Below are positions 59,504 through 64,000 of a stretch of DNA of 64,000 nt, piece after piece. Source of the stretch: an uncultured Chloroflexia bacterium (GTDB lineage Bacteria; Chloroflexota; UBA6077; JACCZL01); the NCBI GenBank assembly GCA_963765765.1, contig CAVXYC010000015.1, forward strand, positions 384,001 to 448,000. Reading direction: 5' to 3'. The position numbers and the translations under genes were made by a program. How positions within the stretch are numbered: position 1 is the first letter of the stretch; every line of letters starts with the position of its first letter. The notes under the pieces were generated by a model. It was not told the DNA's origin, ran no database searches, and saw nothing but the letters and a program-made list of their open reading frames with translations.

Positions 59504-60967
59504 CTACCGCGCGCCTTCCGTAAGCGGTGCCCTCTGCGTCTCCACGGGCTCGGCGCGGCCGCGCCGCAAGAGGCCGAACGCAAGCTGTCCTAGCCAGACA
59601 TAACCGCCAACAGCAACGATCGCATAAAGCGGCTCCACGGGCCAGCGGTATCGCGGAAGGGGTGCCACGAGTGCCACGGCCGCGCCAACAGCAGCAAGCA
59701 CACAGAGAAGTGGCAATGCGCCACCCCGCATGCTGGGGCGCGCAATGACGGCTACTGCACCTAGAAGAAATCCCACGAGGAGGATCCATCCGAATCGCGC
59801 GGGCTGATAGAAGCTCACAATAGCTTCCGCCGAACGCTGTTCCAGATCTTGAACCGAGCTAGGCGGGCCCATGAGATGCCGAATTTCGGGCAGTGCTTCC
59901 CACTCCTCACGGTTGCGCGCCTCGCGGCGAGTGGCCCAGGCATCGCGCGGGCGCTCCGGAACTCCGAGCATGAGCTTTCCGAAGCTCGTCAACGTGCTCT
60001 GTACATAGTAACCGGGCTGCCGAGTCAGAGCCGCAACGGCCTCCCGCTGCATCAAACGGCTCGCCTCGGCTTCGGACACGTTCAGATCTTGCTGGACGCG
60101 ACGACGAACCGGGGTGAGAAACGTCGCACGTCCCACCCAATCTTGCATGATTTTGCGAGTCCGCTCTTGAGCGGAATCTGGCTCGAGTACCCATGAGGGA
60201 TCGTAGAACGTGAAGCCACTATCGTGACGAAGCGTTCTGCCAACGAGCGTCTGCCCGGCTGACCCGTCTGTGCTAAAGCTGCCGTGTTCCAGGTAGTTAC
60301 GCGTCATCCACGGCAAGGCCACGATTGCCAGGCCAACGATTGTCGTAACACTCATTCGGATGGTGTCACCAAGGGAGCGCGTGGCTAACGCCAACGCGAA
60401 CGGCAGCGCCGCAATCCAGGTCAACCCCACGGGTCGAGCCATGGCCGCCAGGCCGAGAATGAGCCCCGCTATAAGTGTCAGCAGCACGGAGCGGCGACGG
60501 ACCGCCACTAGCAAGACGGCGAGATGACCCAAAAGAAGCGGCGTGAAGAGCACTTCGGCCATGATCGTGTGCTCGCCTATGATCGCTGTCCCCGAGAGCG
60601 CCGTGAGCACTCCCGCGATTAAGCCGACGGTGCGATCGAACGCGTACCGACCCACCAGGTAGGTCAGCGCGCACGTGGCAACGCCCAGTAGATGCTGCAC
60701 AGTGACGATGCCCTGAAGATCCTCGCCAACGAGCAGAATTGCTCCGGTCAAGAACAGCGGGTAGAGCGGCGTCCGCCGCAGCTCTAAATCGAAGCCTGTT
60801 CCAAAGGCGAGCTGAAAGCCAGGTAAAAAGTAGTTCTCGCTGTCTCCAATCAAGAACGCTGGAGCGCGCCCGGTGAAGGCCAGACGAATGGCCAGGCTGA
60901 TCAAAACGATAAGCCCGATATTGGCGAGATCGGTGTGCTTACGAACCCAGGCTCGTACTGCACTCAT
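59504..60967 (-). CDS. GT-C glycosyltransferase, subfamily B copy 1
   Basis: GDSENYFLPG, LRRTPLYP, VQH, EHTIMAE, ARP, PWMTRN, PRYRWPVEP. Confidence 0.85.
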   Translation of the reverse strand: MSAVRAWVRKHTDLANIGLIVLISLAIRLAFTGRAPAFLIGDSENYFLPGFQLAFGTGFDLELRRTPLYPLFLTGAILLVGEDLQGIVTVQHLLGVATCALTYLVGRYAFDRTVGLIAGVLTALSGTAIIGEHTIMAEVLFTPLLLGHLAVLLVAVRRRSVLLTLIAGLILGLAAMARPVGLTWIAALPFALALATRSLGDTIRMSVTTIVGLAIVALPWMTRNYLEHGSFSTDGSAGQTLVGRTLRHDSGFTFYDPSWVLEPDSAQERTRKIMQDWVGRATFLTPVRRRVQQDLNVSEAEASRLMQREAVAALTRQPGYYVQSTLTSFGKLMLGVPERPRDAWATRREARNREEWEALPEIRHLMGPPSSVQDLEQRSAEAIVSFYQPARFGWILLVGFLLGAVAVIARPSMRGGALPLLCVLAAVGAAVALVAPLPRYRWPVEPLYAIVAVGGYVWLGQLAFGLLRRGRAEPVETQRAPLTEGAR

Positions 60968-61255
60968 TGATGATTACTTACCGTAAGGGGTGTCATGGCG
61001 ACTCACTGAGGTCCGATGGGCGGATTCTGACACTGCATCCCTGAATGGATTGACCGCGGTTCTCGACAAATCGTCGAGACGCACGCAGGCCATCCCAACG
61101 CTGTGTATCGACAAAGCCTTGTGGCGAGGCGTCCAGATTCCCGCGCTGTACAATCGGGCGTATCCGCTTATCGGTACCGATTAAGCGATTGCGTTGATTC
61201 TAAACTCGATCTCGTTCTCACGTCCCATCGATTGATAGAAGGCAGGGTGCCGTAC

Positions 61256-62320
61256 ATGAATCTTCCTATAGACCTCCGGTCCGATACGGTGACGTTGCCA
61301 ACCGATGCGATGCGCGATGCAATGCGAGACGCGCCGGTGGGTGACGACGTATTTGCAGAAGACCCTACTGTGAACCGCCTCCAGGAGCTTGCCGCGGAAA
61401 TGACCGGCAAGGAAGCCGCGCTTTTCGTGAGTAGCGGCACTCAAGGAAATCTCGTGTCGCTCATGAGCCATTGCCAGCGCGGCGACGAGGTCATCATGGA
61501 AGGCCAGTCGCATGTTTATTGGAGCGAGCAGGGCGGGATGGCTTCATTGCCGGGCTCCTGCCGCGGCTGGTAGAGAGCGAGCGAGGCTGTCCGACCCCGG
61601 AGGCACTTCAGGCGGCAATCCGGTCAGATGATCAGCACAATCCGCGCAGCGGTCTCATCTGCATAGAGAACACGCACAATCGGCACGGTGGAACGGTGAT
61701 TCGACCCGAGCAGATGGCCGCTGTCAAGGATGTCGCGAATGCCAACGGTATGCCGGTTCACCTGGATGGCGCACGCGTCTTCAATGCCGCCGTAGCGCTG
61801 GGCGTGGACGTGCGTGAGATCACCCAGCACGTTGACTCGCTCACGTTCTGTCTTTCCAAGGGGCTGTCTGCACCGGTTGGATCCATGGTCTGCGGATCGC
61901 GAGAGTTCATTGCAAAGGCGCATCGAGCACGTAAGGTGCTCGGTAGTGGAATGCGCCAGGCAGGGATCATTGCCGCGGCGGGCATCGTTGCACTGGAATC
62001 AATGGTGGATCGACTTGCCGACGACCACGCAAACGCGAGTCGCCTGGCCCTGGGTCTCCATGAGATTCCCGGCGTGAAGATTGATCTCGAACGCGTCCAG
62101 ACCAACATGGTCTATGTCGATTTTGAAGGCACCGGAGTCGCCGGAGGAGGCGCTCGAATCGGAGCTGCGTCAGCGCGGCATACTCTCGCGCCCGGCGTAT
62201 GACCGAGTTCGGCTCGTGTTGCACCACGGTATAGAGTCCGCCGACGTTGATTTCGTTACCGACTCGATACGAGACGTCATTCGCTCCCACAATGGGGCAG
62301 CTATTCCAACCACGGCTTGA
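61256..62320 (+). CDS. ltaE: Low-specificity L-threonine aldolase (frameshifts near 61545 and 62145)
   Basis: [76 protein letters not shown]. Confidence 0.93.
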
Positions 62321-62567
62321 CTCATATTGATCCATCTGGCAGAATCCCGCGATTGCTGATGAGTGCGTGACCGAGCACGCCTCCGCCACCAACCGCGGTG
62401 ATGTCCGCCAGCACGTGCGTCGATGTCGCGCAGCCGCTCACGGGTTCATATCCGTACTCTGGTCCTGTAGTGATCTGGCCAATCAGCAGTGGCACCAACT
62501 ACTTAAGAGAAATTGATTCGCCCACCCAGCCTGGTTATGGGGTCTCGGTGAGCGGAGGACAAACAGC

Positions 62568-63890
62568 ATGATGTTGCAGCAAGAGTCGCAAAAGGATGCG
62601 CTCGAGCGAAAGATCGCCGCTCGTCAGGCTCGAGTCGGCATCATGGGCCTCGGCTACGCCGGCCTTCCGATGGCGGTCGAGATCGCCAATGCAGGCTTCC
62701 ACGTGACGGGATTCGACGTCAGTGTGGATCGCGTCTCTGCAATTCAGCAGGGGGAGAGTCCGGTTTCCGACGTTCCTTCCGAGACGATCACGTGGCTTGT
62801 CGATGAAGATATGCTGTCGGCTACCACTGACTTCGACGCGTTGAAAGATGTCGATTGCGTCGTAATCTGCGTCCCGACGCCGCTTCAAAACGGGCGTGAC
62901 CCGGACCTGGGCTACGTCCGCCAGGCTGCTGCTGACATCCGCGATCGCCTTCATCCGGGCATGCTGATCGCGCTCCAGAGCACCTGTTCGCCAGGGACAA
63001 CCCGAAATGTCATACTGCCGATTCTCTCGGAAAGCGGACTCGACGTGGGTCGAGAGTTCTTCGTGGTATTTGCTCCGGAGCGCATCGATCCCGGCAATGT
63101 GAGATTCAACGTCAAAAACACGCCCAAGCTCATCGGCGGCATTACGCCTGATTGCACGGCGCTGGCCTCCAGACTGTATCGCTATATCGTGGACACCATC
63201 GAGCCGGTCTCGACCCCTGAGGTGGCCGAGCTGAGCAAGCTGGTTGAGAACACCTTCCGATTCATCAACATCAGCTTCGTCAACGAGCTGGCGCTGCTCT
63301 GTGACCGCATGGGCGTCAATGTCTGGGAAGTGGTAGACGCAGCCGCCACGAAACCATTTGCATTCATGAAGCACACGCCCGGTCCTGGCGTAGGTGGTCA
63401 CTGCATTCCTATCGTTCCGTTCTATCTCCAGTCAGTGGCGCGTGAGTTTGGCCTGGACGATGGGCTCATCAGAGTGGCTGGTGACATTAATGACCGCATG
63501 CCCGCGTTCGTGGTGGAGAAACTTGAGCGGCTTCTTGGCGAGCGCGGTGGACATCTCGAGCAGGCGAGGATCCTCTGCCTCGGAGTAACCTACAAGGCCG
63601 ACGTTGCTGATTTGCGAGAATCGGCCGCGTTGAACGTCATTGGCGAGCTTGCGGCACGTGCTGCTGACGTCGTGTATCACGATCCAATGATCGAGTCAGT
63701 AGCAGTTGCCGGCGCGAGGTACGAGTCGATCGATATTTCTCCGGAGATAGTGCGCTCGATGGATGCGGTGATTTTGCTTACCGCACACCGCGACGTCAAT
63801 TACGACATGATTCTGGCAAATGCGCCGCTCGTGCTTGACACTCAGAACAAACTCAAGAACAAGGCTGCTGCCAACGTGGTACCGCTGTAA
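62568..63890 (+). CDS. Nucleotide-sugar dehydrogenase (UDP-N-acetylhexosamine 6-dehydrogenase, WbpA/WecC-like)
   Basis: GLGYAGLP, CVPTP, FAPERIDPGN, KLVENTFR..NI, GPGVGGHCIP, YKADVADLRES. Confidence 0.93.
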   Translation: MMLQQESQKDALERKIAARQARVGIMGLGYAGLPMAVEIANAGFHVTGFDVSVDRVSAIQQGESPVSDVPSETITWLVDEDMLSATTDFDALKDVDCVVICVPTPLQNGRDPDLGYVRQAAADIRDRLHPGMLIALQSTCSPGTTRNVILPILSESGLDVGREFFVVFAPERIDPGNVRFNVKNTPKLIGGITPDCTALASRLYRYIVDTIEPVSTPEVAELSKLVENTFRFINISFVNELALLCDRMGVNVWEVVDAAATKPFAFMKHTPGPGVGGHCIPIVPFYLQSVAREFGLDDGLIRVAGDINDRMPAFVVEKLERLLGERGGHLEQARILCLGVTYKADVADLRESAALNVIGELAARAADVVYHDPMIESVAVAGARYESIDISPEIVRSMDAVILLTAHRDVNYDMILANAPLVLDTQNKLKNKAAANVVPL

Positions 63891-64000
63891 CCTGCACAGA
63901 CGAGCGAGCCACGGCGGCACCCTGCGACTGACAGCACGACCAATTGGTTCAGCGCACTCGCTTCCAGAAGGATTCGCAGACGTAGCGCCGATGAGATTTG

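Noticed and set aside
40772-60967. GT paralogs as DGR targets, a shufflon or an assembly duplication
   Set aside because: No reverse transcriptase or recombinase, no near-identical DNA repeats; copies differ at synonymous sites.
1-64000. CRISPR arrays, tRNA/rRNA, transposases, prophage genes
   Set aside because: None recognised by eye; a covariance-model search would be needed to exclude small ncRNAs in intergenic gaps such as 2453-2800, 7900-8190 and 62320-62560.

Overview
GC-rich bacterial DNA. Gene content suggests Chloroflexota (inference only). About 16 single-base indels break otherwise intact genes and look like long-read errors. Four blocks are visible. (1) 1-11 kb is a stress-type island: gvpA-gvpF-gvpG-gvpL gas vesicle genes, a low-GC plasmid-type parA, a CmpX/MscS-like TM-helix protein, GlsB/YeaQ/YmgE and a CsbD-like protein. 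GvpA carries an apparent C-terminal winged-helix domain, and many island genes have sigma54-type -24/-12 motifs upstream. (2) 11-30 kb holds a cyclase-STAND-TPR protein, lemA, HMG-CoA lyase, SDRs, NIPSNAP, a Rieske oxygenase, HpaB-like and LLM monooxygenases and a hydrolase. (3) 29-34 kb is a molybdenum-hydroxylase maturation operon (split XdhC, MocA, NUDIX, molybdopterin-binding protein, MFS). (4) 34.8-61 kb is a 26-kb array of 14 polytopic GT-C (PMT/ArnT-like) glycosyltransferase genes, including tandem runs of 4 and 6 paralogs, with a Thr-nucleophile sulfatase-fold enzyme in the middle and REP-like palindromes at several gene junctions. ltaE and a UDP-HexNAc 6-dehydrogenase follow. The best candidates for undescribed biology are the GT-C array, the GvpA-wHTH fusion and the putative sigma54 stress regulon. 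No rRNA, tRNA, CRISPR array, integrase or transposase was recognised.
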